From the NCBI GenBank assembly GCA_963843575.1, contig CAWJKZ010000013.1, positions 96,001-160,000 on the forward strand: a DNA stretch of 64,000 nucleotides. Direction: 5' to 3'. Positions 1 to 9,585 of this stretch are shown here, one piece after another (the first letter of the stretch is position 1; the number at the start of each line of letters is the position of its first letter). The translations under genes and the position numbers were made by a program. The stretch is from an uncultured Acidobacteriota bacterium (GTDB lineage Bacteria > Acidobacteriota > UBA6911). The notes below the pieces were generated by a model. The model saw only the letters and a program-made list of their open reading frames with translations. It was not told the DNA's origin and did no database searches.

Positions 1-1
1 C

Positions 2-1396
2 GCCTGCTCCCAGATCATGCGGGACGGCGGCCGGGCCGGGTGTGTGCCGCGCGATGCTGCGCTCTACGAGCCGATCTACAAGAGCGGCCGGGCCGAAGCG
101 CTGGACACGATCGTCGCCATGGCCGCGACCTGCCGCCAGTGCAACGACCCCACGTGCATCCGGCACTGTCCCGCGCGCGTCAACATCCCGGAGTTCGTCG
201 GCCACATCGCCGCCCGCCGGTTCCGGGCCGCCTATGAAACCCTGCGCGCGGCAAACGTGCTGGCGGCGGTTTGCGGCTACGTCTGTCCGGCCGAGACGCT
301 GTGCGAATCCGGCTGCATCAACCGGCACTATGCTTCCACCGTGCCGATCCGCCACCTGCAGCGTTGGGTCAGCCGCAAGGCCGTCGACGAAGGGTGGACG
401 GCCGAACGGCAGCCCTCGGCCCAGCCGAGCGGCAAGCGGGTCGCGGTCCTGGGGGCGGGCCCGGCAGGAGTCTCCGCGGCCGTGACCCTGGCGGGGTTGG
501 GCTACCAGGTCACCCTGTTCGACGCCGACCCGGCTCCCGGGGGCACTGCGGCCGGGACGATCCCGGCCGAGCGCCTTCCCGACGCTGTCCTGCGGCGGGA
601 GGTCCGGGACGTGCTGGAGGCTAGCGGCGCTGTCGACTCGCGGCGGTGCCGGCTCGGCGCCGGGTGCGACCTCGACACCATCCTGGGGCAGGGTTTCGAC
701 GGCGCGGTCATCGCGCTGGGACTCAGCCGTTCCGTCGGTCTGGCGGGGGCCGCGCGTCCCTCATCGGGCGTTGTTGGCGCCCTCGAATTCCTCAGGCACA
801 CGAAGGCCGGCGCCGCCGTCTCCGGTACCGTGCTGGTGCTTGGTGCGGGCAACACGGCCATGGACGCCGCCCTATCCGCGCAGCGGGCGGGCGCGTCGGA
901 CGTGTCGATCGTCTATCGGCGCTCGTTCGCCGAGATGCCGGCCTGGCCGGAGGAACGGGATCTTGCGATCCGGTCGGGAGTCCACTTCCTGCTCTTGACC
1001 GCGCCGCTCGCGTACGCCGCCGACGGAGCGGGCCGGGCTACCGGGTTGCGCGTCGCCCGCACGGCGCTGGGTCCCCCCGGGCCGGGCGGCCGTCGAGTGC
1101 CACGGGTCGTGCCGGGAACCGAACACATCCTGCCGGCGGACCTGGTAGTCGAGGCCCTGGGGCAGGAGATCACCCCCGAAGTGAAACAGGCGCTCCCGGC
1201 CGTGCAGTTCACCGATCGAGGGTTGCTCTGGACGCGCCCGGACTCGCTGCAGACTTCGCGCGACGCCGTGTTCGCGGCCGGCGACATCGTCAATGGCGGG
1301 ACCACCGTCGTGCAGGCCGTCGCCGAAGGGGCGCGCGCCGGCCGCGAACTCGACCGGCATCTCCTTTCTCAGGACGGGGGCCGCCAACAGCCGTGA
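2..1396 (+). CDS. NAD(P)/FAD-dependent Fe-S oxidoreductase, GltD/PreT (dihydropyrimidine dehydrogenase subunit) family; probably 5'-truncated by the window edge
   Basis: CRQCNDPTCIRHCP and CGYVCPAETLCESGC Fe-S motifs, GAGPAG and GAGNTAMD Rossmann motifs, YRRS, VFAAGDIVNG. Frame is open from position 2. Confidence 0.85.
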   Translation, partial: ACSQIMRDGGRAGCVPRDAALYEPIYKSGRAEALDTIVAMAATCRQCNDPTCIRHCPARVNIPEFVGHIAARRFRAAYETLRAANVLAAVCGYVCPAETLCESGCINRHYASTVPIRHLQRWVSRKAVDEGWTAERQPSAQPSGKRVAVLGAGPAGVSAAVTLAGLGYQVTLFDADPAPGGTAAGTIPAERLPDAVLRREVRDVLEASGAVDSRRCRLGAGCDLDTILGQGFDGAVIALGLSRSVGLAGAARPSSGVVGALEFLRHTKAGAAVSGTVLVLGAGNTAMDAALSAQRAGASDVSIVYRRSFAEMPAWPEERDLAIRSGVHFLLLTAPLAYAADGAGRATGLRVARTALGPPGPGGRRVPRVVPGTEHILPADLVVEALGQEITPEVKQALPAVQFTDRGLLWTRPDSLQTSRDAVFAAGDIVNGGTTVVQAVAEGARAGRELDRHLLSQDGGRQQP

Positions 1397-1525
1397 GAAC
1401 CTGCAGCCGCGGTGCCGTCTCCAGCGCGAGGATCCGGAACGGAATCCTCGATTAAGCCGGCCTTCGCCGCCGGCGTACGGGCTTTTTGTGTCGATTCGAA
1501 TGCCAGTATCCGAAGGGAGGCTCCT

Positions 1526-2635
1526 GTGCTCGAACATCCGACCCGACGTGACATCCTGAAAGCGACAGCCGGCGCCGCAGCGGCCCTAGGGACAACTTCC
1601 GCCGCCACGCGCGGCGGAGGCCAAGAACCGACGCTGCGCGTCACCCGGGACGTGCGCGTGGCCATCATCGGACTCGAGGGCCATTACTCCGAGGTCCTGG
1701 AGGTCGCGGCTCGGGCGCCCAACGTCCGGGTGACCGCCGTCGTGGACCGAAGCCCCGCCCTCCTGCAAAGGGCCGCGTCCAACGCGCAGCTGAAGAGCGC
1801 AAAGCCCTACCCGGATTATCGCGCCCTGCTGGAGCGCGAGCCGCTGGACGTCGTCGCGGTCTGCGGTGACAACGCCACCCGGCCCGAGATCGTGTGCGCG
1901 TGTGCGGAACGCAAGTTGCCCGTCGTCGCCGAAAAACCGCTCGCCATCACGCGGGAAGCCCTCCAGCAAATCAGGGGAGCCCTCGAGCGGTCAGGGTCGC
2001 GCCTGACGTTACTCCTCCCGATGCGCTTCACCCCCGCTTACCGGAAGATGAGATCGCTCGTGCGCGAGGGCGCGATCGGCGACGTGGTGACGGTGGCTGC
2101 CCAGAAGTCCTACAAGCTCGCGGAACGCCCCGAGTGGATGAAGTCGCGCGCGACCTTCGGCGGGATCATCCCCTATATCGGGATCCATATGATCGACCTC
2201 ATGCGCTGGACCTCGGGAAGGGATTTCACGCAGGCGGCCGCGTTCCAGTCCAATGTCGGCGCACCGCAGCAGCGTGAAATGGAAAACAACGCGGCTATCG
2301 CCTTCCGGCTGGATAACGGCGGAACAGGGTCGCTCCGGATGGACTACCTCCGGCCCGAAACCGCACCGACGCACGGCGACGACCGGCTGCGGATCGCCGG
2401 AACACGCGGGGTGGTGGAGTTCCAGGAAGGGCGCGGCGTGACGCTCGTGACCGCGGAGCGCAAACCGGAACAGGTGACGAGCCTCCCGCCGGAGAGATAC
2501 CTGTTCGCCGATTTTCTCGAGTCGCTATACAACGGCGTGGAGCACGTCATCAGCATCGAGGAGGTGTTCCGCGTGAGCGAGATCGTCCTCAACGTCCGCG
2601 ACGCGGCCGAGCGCGGCACCGTGGCGGCGGTCTGA
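1526..2635 (+). CDS. Gfo/Idh/MocA oxidoreductase with twin-arginine (Tat) signal peptide
   Basis: GGGAGG RBS then GTG; TRRDILK Tat motif; AEKPLA; GIHMIDL. Confidence 0.85.
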   Translation: MLEHPTRRDILKATAGAAAALGTTSAATRGGGQEPTLRVTRDVRVAIIGLEGHYSEVLEVAARAPNVRVTAVVDRSPALLQRAASNAQLKSAKPYPDYRALLEREPLDVVAVCGDNATRPEIVCACAERKLPVVAEKPLAITREALQQIRGALERSGSRLTLLLPMRFTPAYRKMRSLVREGAIGDVVTVAAQKSYKLAERPEWMKSRATFGGIIPYIGIHMIDLMRWTSGRDFTQAAAFQSNVGAPQQREMENNAAIAFRLDNGGTGSLRMDYLRPETAPTHGDDRLRIAGTRGVVEFQEGRGVTLVTAERKPEQVTSLPPERYLFADFLESLYNGVEHVISIEEVFRVSEIVLNVRDAAERGTVAAV

Positions 2636-2706
2636 CCGCTCAATCCCGGCGCTCTCCGTACTGCAGCGACGTATCTTTGCGGGCGCGGCCCGCCTTGGAG
2701 CCAACC

Positions 2707-3555
2707 ATGCGAATCTACCTCCTCTTCCTCCTCGCCTTTGCCTCGACGGCCGCGTCAGCCTTCCCCCCGGACGACGTCACCGGGAAAGTGTTGTTCTTCG
2801 ACGATTTTAGCGGACCCAAGCTTGATACCTCGAAGTGGGTCGCGGGCTTGCACCACTGGGGCCGCGACAATCGTGGTGTCGTCCCTGAAAACGTCCGCAC
2901 CGGAACCGTCACGGACGAGGGCAAGAAGATCTCGGTCCTGGTCACCGAGGCCCACGGCGACCGGTACACGGGCCCGGTGAAGGGGGTGCAGAAAGCCGAG
3001 GGGAACGGGCCCCTGGGCCAGCCGCAAACCTACAGACGCGTCGAGGACGGCACCAGGGTGGGCGGACTCGTCTGGACGCGCTCACGCTGGGGAGGTGGCC
3101 GGTACGAAGTGCGCATGAAGAACCTCCCGCTCCCCGGGGGCTGCTCGTGCATCTGGAACTACTTCCAGGCGGAGAAGGACTACACCGAGATAGACATCGA
3201 GATGCCGGCCAACGGCAAGGCCTCCGGCGCGGACTGGTCGCGCTGGGCAGGATTGAACACCTACTATCCCGACGAGACTCAAATCAACGAGCGTCGTGCC
3301 GACCTCGGGTTTCCCCAGAACGACGGCCGGTTCCACGTCTACCGCTGGGACTGGTACGACGGCACCAACGGCCGGCCGCGCGTCGACTTCTACCTGGATG
3401 GGAAGCTCGTGCACCGTGCGACCGACAAGGTGCCCCGTTCGCCCGCCCAGCTCTGGGTGGGCAACTGGCCCGCCGTCTGGTCGGGCGACTTTCAGTACGA
3501 TACCCAGTACCTGTATGTCGATTGGGTGAAGATCTCGGAACTGCGCGAGCGTTGA
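2707..3555 (+). CDS. Secreted glycoside hydrolase family 16
   Basis: Signal peptide; FFDDFSG..LD..KW; catalytic EIDIE; FHVYRWDW. Confidence 0.85.
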   Translation: MRIYLLFLLAFASTAASAFPPDDVTGKVLFFDDFSGPKLDTSKWVAGLHHWGRDNRGVVPENVRTGTVTDEGKKISVLVTEAHGDRYTGPVKGVQKAEGNGPLGQPQTYRRVEDGTRVGGLVWTRSRWGGGRYEVRMKNLPLPGGCSCIWNYFQAEKDYTEIDIEMPANGKASGADWSRWAGLNTYYPDETQINERRADLGFPQNDGRFHVYRWDWYDGTNGRPRVDFYLDGKLVHRATDKVPRSPAQLWVGNWPAVWSGDFQYDTQYLYVDWVKISELRER

Positions 3556-3591
3556 GATCGTGGGGTGCGGTGGCTCGACGGCTGTAGGATC

Positions 3592-3781
3592 AAAAGCCAA
3601 AACAGAACGCAGATTCCGCGGATCCAACGGATTCACGCGAATCGGCCGCGACCGGCATTCCACCGTGAGGGCTGCCTTGGGCACACAGGACTCGGGCCCC
3701 ACCGGAGGTCGATCCGTGGGGATCCGCGCGCATCCGCGTCCTGAAGAATACGTTGGCGTATTTGTGAACATCAGTACTTAG
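3592..3781. repeat. Palindromic MITE/REP-like element, family A (copy 1)
   Basis: Both arms near-identical to 59729-59872 (AAAAGCCAAAACAGAACGCAGATTCCGCGGAT... and ...GATCCGTGGGGATCCGCGCGCATCCGCGTCCTGAA...TACTTAG) with a different central spacer. Confidence 0.85.
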
Positions 3782-3783
3782 GA

Positions 3784-5211
3784 TCAGTCCCACCCCACGG
3801 TGCTCTGCACGATGCGGTCGAGTTCGGCGGCGAGAGCCTTGTCGGGCGGGTCGGGCCTGTGCCGCTGCAATATCGCAGACCCGCGCTCGCGCACACAGTC
3901 GGCAACGCTCAGGGCTCCGGACGCTTCCCACGGGTCCCACCGTTGGCGGTCGAAGAGCCCGGACAACCACGATTCGCGGCGGTAGTGATCGCGGGTGTGG
4001 CTCTCCCCGAGGAAGCTGCCGCCGATGCCCACGTCACGAATCACGGGGCCCGCGAGGGTGTCCGCGTCCACCCTGATCCCGGCGAGGATCCTTTTGACGA
4101 AGCCCGCGATCTCGTTGTCGAGGATGAGCTGCTCGACGCTCCCGGCCTGGTCCGGGCCGACGATGCCCATGTGGCCGAACGTGTCCGCACCCGCCAGGGC
4201 GCCGAGCAGCAGCGTCGCGCCGCGCTCGAGCCCCGACTGTGCGTCCATGCGTTTGCTGTCGGAGAGGCCCACGTTGACGTAAGCCGGCAAGCCGTACCGG
4301 GCAGCCATCTGGGTCATCGCCACGGCCATCAACCCCTGCTCGGGCGCGCCGAAACTGATCTGCGTGGTCCGCATATCGAAGAGGTGCGGGATGCCGCCGT
4401 AGCACACCGGCGTGCCGGGGCCAAAGAGCTGCGACAGCACGATGCCCGCGAGGATCTCCGCGTTTTCGACGACGAGTGTCCCGGCCAGCGTCGCGGGGCC
4501 GCTCGCGCCGGCCTGCACCATCGGGCCGAAACAGAGAGGCAACCCCTTCCGCGCGCAGGTTTTCAGGATGTGGAGGCCATTGGGCGCAAAACGCAGCGGG
4601 CTGACCGGTTCGACGAACCCCTGGATCATGGGCCGCTGTCGGTGTGCTTCCGCCCCGCCGCGCACCGCCTCGTACATTTCGAGGACGGCCGCGAGGCTCC
4701 GGCCTCCGGAGATCCAGACGTGCGTCGGCTTGCCGGTGACCTTCAGCAGCTCGGCTGCGGTATACACGTCGCGCCGTGCGGCGGGCACATCCAGGGGCAT
4801 CGCAAGCCCGCCGACGATATCGATGTGCTCCAACGCGTCGCCGACGAGCGCCGCCTGTCGCATATCGTCAGCGCACGGTTCCCGGCGCCCCGTCCCCTCG
4901 CAGTCTACCCAGGCAAACTGGCCGGGACTCGAGGCAAGGACGAAATCGCCGTACCCGAACCGGGCCGTCCTATCCGGATTCCGGCCGTGAATCACGAACC
5001 GCTTGCCGCTCCCGGCAAGGGCCGCCTCCACGGTGCGGACCGGGAGGCGCGCCACCGCAGTCGCACCGTCCACATGGGCCCCCCCGCCCGACAGCACCGC
5101 CAGGCATTCGGGGTCCGGAACGTGCACGCCGATGTCACTCAAAACTGCGAGCGAATCGGAGTGGATAGCGTCCAGCGCAGCCTTGTCCAACACAGTCGTC
5201 CGGCTCAGCAT
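3784..5211 (-). CDS. Trimethylamine methyltransferase MttB-superfamily protein (non-pyrrolysine)
   Basis: PVSPL, GASGPATLAGTLV..NAEILAGIVL.QL..PG.P, SDSK..DAQSG.E; no in-frame amber codon. Confidence 0.85.
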   Translation of the reverse strand: MLSRTTVLDKAALDAIHSDSLAVLSDIGVHVPDPECLAVLSGGGAHVDGATAVARLPVRTVEAALAGSGKRFVIHGRNPDRTARFGYGDFVLASSPGQFAWVDCEGTGRREPCADDMRQAALVGDALEHIDIVGGLAMPLDVPAARRDVYTAAELLKVTGKPTHVWISGGRSLAAVLEMYEAVRGGAEAHRQRPMIQGFVEPVSPLRFAPNGLHILKTCARKGLPLCFGPMVQAGASGPATLAGTLVVENAEILAGIVLSQLFGPGTPVCYGGIPHLFDMRTTQISFGAPEQGLMAVAMTQMAARYGLPAYVNVGLSDSKRMDAQSGLERGATLLLGALAGADTFGHMGIVGPDQAGSVEQLILDNEIAGFVKRILAGIRVDADTLAGPVIRDVGIGGSFLGESHTRDHYRRESWLSGLFDRQRWDPWEASGALSVADCVRERGSAILQRHRPDPPDKALAAELDRIVQSTVGWD

Positions 5212-5339
5212 GGGGCCCTCCCGTCTGGGGCGGATCATATCAGACGGCCCGCGGTATCAAAACCTCTTGATTGAACCCGGCATGTCAGACAAAATACTAG
5301 TGTTAGGCATAATTCTGAAATTTGCAGGAGGCAAAGGTT

Positions 5340-5906
5340 ATGAAGCGTCATCAGGTCATTTTTGCACTACTGGCCATCGCAGCGCTCTTGATCGCGTGCG
5401 TCGCCAGCTTCGCGTACCAGCAGAAGTTCGTCCTTCGCGTCAACGCCGGAGATCCCAGGCCGTACACCGACAAGGCCGGCAACGTCTGGCAACCCGACAA
5501 GAACTATGTGAAAGGGAGCAAGTACGGGTTTGTAGAAGGCGACATCGTGGACCGCGGGAGTGACGTCAAAATCGCCAATACAAACGACCCCCGCATCTAC
5601 CAGACCGAGCACTACTCGATGACGAGCTTTCACGCGGACGTTCCGAACGGGAAGTACACCGTGCGGCTGCACTTCGCCGAGACGTACGAAAACATCGACG
5701 TGGACGGCCCGCGCGTGTTCAACGTCAAGATAGAGGGGAAGGACGTCATCAAGAAGTTCGAAATCTCGAAGGTGGCGCCTGGAATGCACAAGCCTGTGAT
5801 CAGGGAGTTCAAAGGGGTCGAGGTCGCCGACGGGAAGCTTGACATCCTCTTTGACGCCGACACTCAAAACCCGGAAATCAACGGGATAGAGATAATCCAG
5901 GAGTAA
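5340..5906 (+). CDS. Secreted stand-alone malectin-domain protein
   Basis: Signal peptide; RVNAG..PYTD..G.VW.PD; IYQTE; YTVRLHFAE; RVFNV.IEG; INGIEI. Confidence 0.88.
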   Translation: MKRHQVIFALLAIAALLIACVASFAYQQKFVLRVNAGDPRPYTDKAGNVWQPDKNYVKGSKYGFVEGDIVDRGSDVKIANTNDPRIYQTEHYSMTSFHADVPNGKYTVRLHFAETYENIDVDGPRVFNVKIEGKDVIKKFEISKVAPGMHKPVIREFKGVEVADGKLDILFDADTQNPEINGIEIIQE

Positions 5907-5926
5907 CCGCGAACCCTCAGAATGCA

Positions 5927-5954
5927 ACGGGTGCGGCCGGTAGGCCGCACCCGT
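5927..5954. terminator. GC-rich hairpin between convergent genes
   Basis: ACGGGTGCGGCC-ggta-GGCCGCACCCGT perfect 12-bp stem. Confidence 0.6.
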
Positions 5955-5960
5955 GCGCCG

Positions 5961-8003
5961 TCAGGGATTAGCCCCCAGTTCCGTCAACGCATCCTTCACC
6001 TTTGGAATGACGTCCCTGTATTTGTCGGGACGGGCCCGCTTTAGAAAACCTCTGAAATACTTGACCGCGGTCTGGGAGTCGCCCGCCTTCTGCGCGAGGA
6101 GACCCAGGTTCAGGTAGGGCTCGATCAGTTCGGGATCGGATTCGATGGCCTTTTCGAGGTGCACCCGCCCTTCGACTGTCCGCCCGCGCTGGACTTCCAG
6201 AATCCCGAGCACGTTGTGGGCCGTGGCATGCTGCGGATCCTGCACCAGAATCGCCTGAAGGACGCGCAACGCGTCGTCGGCCCGGCCCAGCTGCAGGTAG
6301 GCAGTCGCCATGTTGTCCATGTTCTGAAGATTGGCAGGGTTCATCTGCGCCGCCTTCTCCATGTGCCCGATGGCGTTTTTCAGATCGCCTCGCCGGACCT
6401 GGATCTCCCCGAGCTTGGCGTAGGTCTCGTCCCCGTCCGCGCCGTTCTTGATCGCCGCGAGACACACCCGTTCCAGCTCGTCGAAACGACCCATGCGCTC
6501 GTAACACATCTGAAGCGTCTTGTAGAGGAGGGGGTTGGAGCGATCCTGGGGCAGGACCTTCTCCAGCGCAGGGGCGGCGACCGCCCAGCGGTCGTGATTC
6601 ATGGCTTCGGAAGCTCGTTCGATGACGCCCAAGACCACTACCCGGTCCTTGGGATCCGGGCCGGACATGTCGATGCGAACGCTGCGGCGACCCGAGCTGA
6701 TGTAGCCGAGCGCGTCGAGTTCCCGGCGCCGCTCGTCGTCGACCAACTGAGGCTCGAGCTGTCCCAGACTCTTGGGCGGCCCCGCTACTTCCCACACCTG
6801 TTTCTGCAGGCGGTCGGCGTCGGCCGGCAGCTTGTCGACCAGGTTGCGCTTCTCCTCCCGATCGTCCATGAACCTGTACAACTCGGGCTTCGGGCCGACG
6901 ATCAGCTTGAACTGATCGGTACGCATTCCGCGCAATTCCGACCAACCCATGTGGGTTCGCGGATAGAGTGTCTCCATGTAGCAGTAGTTGCTGCGGGTCG
7001 CCTTCCCTGCGACAACGGCTTCCCGAAGGCTGACGCCCTGGACTTTGTTCCCGGGATCGGCACCCACAAAATCCACAATCGTGGGCATCACGTCGATCGA
7101 CCGAACCTGCTGGGTCACCACCCGTCCCTGCGGCACGCCCGGTCCGGCAATAATCAGCGGGACGTGCATGGTCGAATCGTAAAGGAACACGCCGTGCGTG
7201 TACTCGCCGTGGTCGCCCAGGCTCTCGCCGTGGTCCGACATGACAACCACCAGGGTGCGGTCGGCCAGCCCCGCCTCGGACAACCACGACGTCAGCTTCC
7301 CTACCTGTTCGTCCGCATAGGCCACCTCGCCGCCGTAAGGGTCTTTTGGGTATCGCGACCGGAACGGCTCGGGCGGGTCATACGGGAAGTGCGGATCGTA
7401 CAGGTGCACCCAGGCGAAGAAGCTCTTCCCTGCCGCACCGTGCTTCCTGAGCCAGTCCAGGGCGCGGCCGGTGACGACCTCTCCGCGGATCTCCGCAACG
7501 ACTCCGGGCAGCTTCTGGAGCCGCGTATCCTCCTTCATGGAGTCAGCGTAGGTGGCGAATCCGCGGTTGACGCCGTAGTAGTGGCTGAGCACCGCGGATC
7601 CCACGAATGCGGCGGTCTCATAGCCGGCACCTTGCAGAACGGTCGCCAGGGTCGGCACACCCTTGTCCAACACGAACCCTCCCATGTCGCGAACCTTGTG
7701 CACCTGCGGGTAGGTCCCCGTCAGGATTGAGGCATGCGAGGGCGCCGTGAGCGGGACCTGGGCGATGGCCTGGGCCATGCGCACGCCCCGCTGGGCCAGC
7801 CGGTCCATGTTGGGTGTGTCCACGCCCTTGCGGCCGTAGCACGCGACATAGTCCGCCCGCAAGGTGTCGATCGTGATCAGGAGCACGTTGAGCGACGGTC
7901 TCAGGGTTGCGGGCGCTTTCTCGGCGGACCTCTCGGGAGCCCGCGAACAACCGTTCCCCAGGAGCGCAAACGCCACCGTTGCAGCGAAGAGTGTCCTTGC
8001 CAT
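5961..8003 (-). CDS. Sulfatase-like hydrolase (alkaline phosphatase superfamily) with C-terminal TPR repeats; probable lipoprotein
   Basis: NVLLITIDTLRAD, LTAPSHASILTG, HLYDPH.PY, SDHGE; TPR helices; LGNGC lipobox-like motif. Confidence 0.85.
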   Translation of the reverse strand: MARTLFAATVAFALLGNGCSRAPERSAEKAPATLRPSLNVLLITIDTLRADYVACYGRKGVDTPNMDRLAQRGVRMAQAIAQVPLTAPSHASILTGTYPQVHKVRDMGGFVLDKGVPTLATVLQGAGYETAAFVGSAVLSHYYGVNRGFATYADSMKEDTRLQKLPGVVAEIRGEVVTGRALDWLRKHGAAGKSFFAWVHLYDPHFPYDPPEPFRSRYPKDPYGGEVAYADEQVGKLTSWLSEAGLADRTLVVVMSDHGESLGDHGEYTHGVFLYDSTMHVPLIIAGPGVPQGRVVTQQVRSIDVMPTIVDFVGADPGNKVQGVSLREAVVAGKATRSNYCYMETLYPRTHMGWSELRGMRTDQFKLIVGPKPELYRFMDDREEKRNLVDKLPADADRLQKQVWEVAGPPKSLGQLEPQLVDDERRRELDALGYISSGRRSVRIDMSGPDPKDRVVVLGVIERASEAMNHDRWAVAAPALEKVLPQDRSNPLLYKTLQMCYERMGRFDELERVCLAAIKNGADGDETYAKLGEIQVRRGDLKNAIGHMEKAAQMNPANLQNMDNMATAYLQLGRADDALRVLQAILVQDPQHATAHNVLGILEVQRGRTVEGRVHLEKAIESDPELIEPYLNLGLLAQKAGDSQTAVKYFRGFLKRARPDKYRDVIPKVKDALTELGANP

Positions 8004-8223
8004 GGCTATACCCATAGATGACAGGAATCGTTACTCGCAGCCCCGCATTCGTCAATGGGAAACCAGAGTGGGCGGGGGCGGCTCGCCCCCGCCCCGAACC
8101 GGTTAGGTCAATGGAGCCGCGGCGGGCCGCTGCGGCCCACTCGGCTCACTCGGTGCTGAAAACACGCCCTTGCACAACAGGGAAGCGCTCCTGCACAATC
8201 GGGCGGTCGACAAAGGAGGCAGC

Positions 8224-9483
8224 TTGGGCGCAACGCGGAAACTGGACGAGATCCGAGCGGGCTTTCAGCCGGCATTCTGGGTCGCCAACTTCACTGAGCT
8301 GTTCGAGCGTCTCTCGTACTACGGCCAGCAGGCCGTCCTCGCGATCTTCCTGCACGAGCAGCTGAAGTTCAGCGTCGAGCAGACCGGACGCCTGCAGGGA
8401 TTCTTCGGGTTCGTGGTCTGGTTTCTGCCGGTGATCGGTGGAACCCTGGCCGACCGCTTCGGCTTCCGGCGGTCGCTGGCAGTCGCCTACCTGCTCCTGT
8501 CGGCCGGCTACTTCCTGCTCGGGTCGCTCTCCGCTCCCTGGATGGCGCCTGTGCGCGAGTCGCTCCCGTTATACTGGCTGGTATTCGCAATCCTGATGAT
8601 CCCGGCCTTGGGACCGTCAATCGTGAAGCCGGTCGTCGCCGGCACGACCGCGCGGGCATCGACGGAGAACGTGCGCTCACTCGGGTACTCGATCTACTAC
8701 ACTGTCGTGAATATCGGCGGCACTCTCGGCCCGATCATGGCCTTTCTGGTGCGCCGTTCGGTCGGCATCGAAAACGTGTTTCGCGTGTCGGCGCTTTCCG
8801 TCTTCCTCATGTTTTTCGCCACCGTGCTGTTCTACCGCGAACCGCCGCAACAGGGGAACAAGCAGGTGGCCAGCGTCGGCGCGGCGCTCAGGAACATGGT
8901 GCTGGTTCTGCGGAATTACCGGTTTGTCGTGTTCCTGTTCCTCTTTTCCGGCTTTTACATCGTCTTCTGGCAGGAATTCATCGCGCTCCCCCTCTACATC
9001 CGCGGCTATGTCAACCCAGAGGCCGACGTGGATCTGCTGACCACGGCCGAGGGCCTCACCGTGATTCTCCTCCAGGTGATCGTGAGTTACCTGACCAGGA
9101 AGGTGCCCGCATTTACCGCCATGAGCGCCGGGATCCTGATCGCAAGCCTCTCGTGGCTCCTGCTCGCCTGGCACCCTTCCGTGACGATGGCGGTCGCGTC
9201 GCTGATCGTTCTGGGGATCGGGGAGATCACCCAAGCCCCGAGGTACTACGAGTACATCTCCCGCCTGGCGCCGGAAGGACAGCAGGGGCTCTACATGGGG
9301 TATGCGTTCCTCCCCATTGCGATCGGCTACTTCATTGCTGGGCCGCTGGGAGGATGGCTGGTCCACGAGTTCGGTGAGGTGAGACACGCGCCGCACCAGA
9401 TGTGGTATGTCGTCGCGGCCGTGGGGATAATCACCACGATGCTGATGGTGGCGTACGACCGAATCGTCCGGCCAGGAAGGTAA
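8224..9483 (+). CDS. MFS transporter, POT/PTR-like (peptide/H+ symporter)
   Basis: ELFERLSYYG motif, GG.LADRFG.RR, about 12 hydrophobic segments; GGAGG RBS before TTG. Confidence 0.8.
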   Translation: MGATRKLDEIRAGFQPAFWVANFTELFERLSYYGQQAVLAIFLHEQLKFSVEQTGRLQGFFGFVVWFLPVIGGTLADRFGFRRSLAVAYLLLSAGYFLLGSLSAPWMAPVRESLPLYWLVFAILMIPALGPSIVKPVVAGTTARASTENVRSLGYSIYYTVVNIGGTLGPIMAFLVRRSVGIENVFRVSALSVFLMFFATVLFYREPPQQGNKQVASVGAALRNMVLVLRNYRFVVFLFLFSGFYIVFWQEFIALPLYIRGYVNPEADVDLLTTAEGLTVILLQVIVSYLTRKVPAFTAMSAGILIASLSWLLLAWHPSVTMAVASLIVLGIGEITQAPRYYEYISRLAPEGQQGLYMGYAFLPIAIGYFIAGPLGGWLVHEFGEVRHAPHQMWYVVAAVGIITTMLMVAYDRIVRPGR

Positions 9484-9585
9484 GGCAATAAAGGTGGGCC
9501 GCGCCGGCACGGCCCGTGGATTTTGCTCAGGGGTGAAACTCATCGCGGGGCGGGGCCGGTCCGACCCCGCCCACACTTTTTCAGG

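Noticed and set aside
2-60. ACSQIMRDG upstream of the GltD domain, suggesting an N-terminal fusion (PreA-like or 2Fe-2S)
   Set aside because: Only a few residues are visible at the window edge, so it cannot be assigned.
3560-3781. Short ORFs across the repeat elements (also 59505-59888, 59630-59866)
   Set aside because: Their mutual similarity comes from the shared DNA repeat; no RBS or coding signature.
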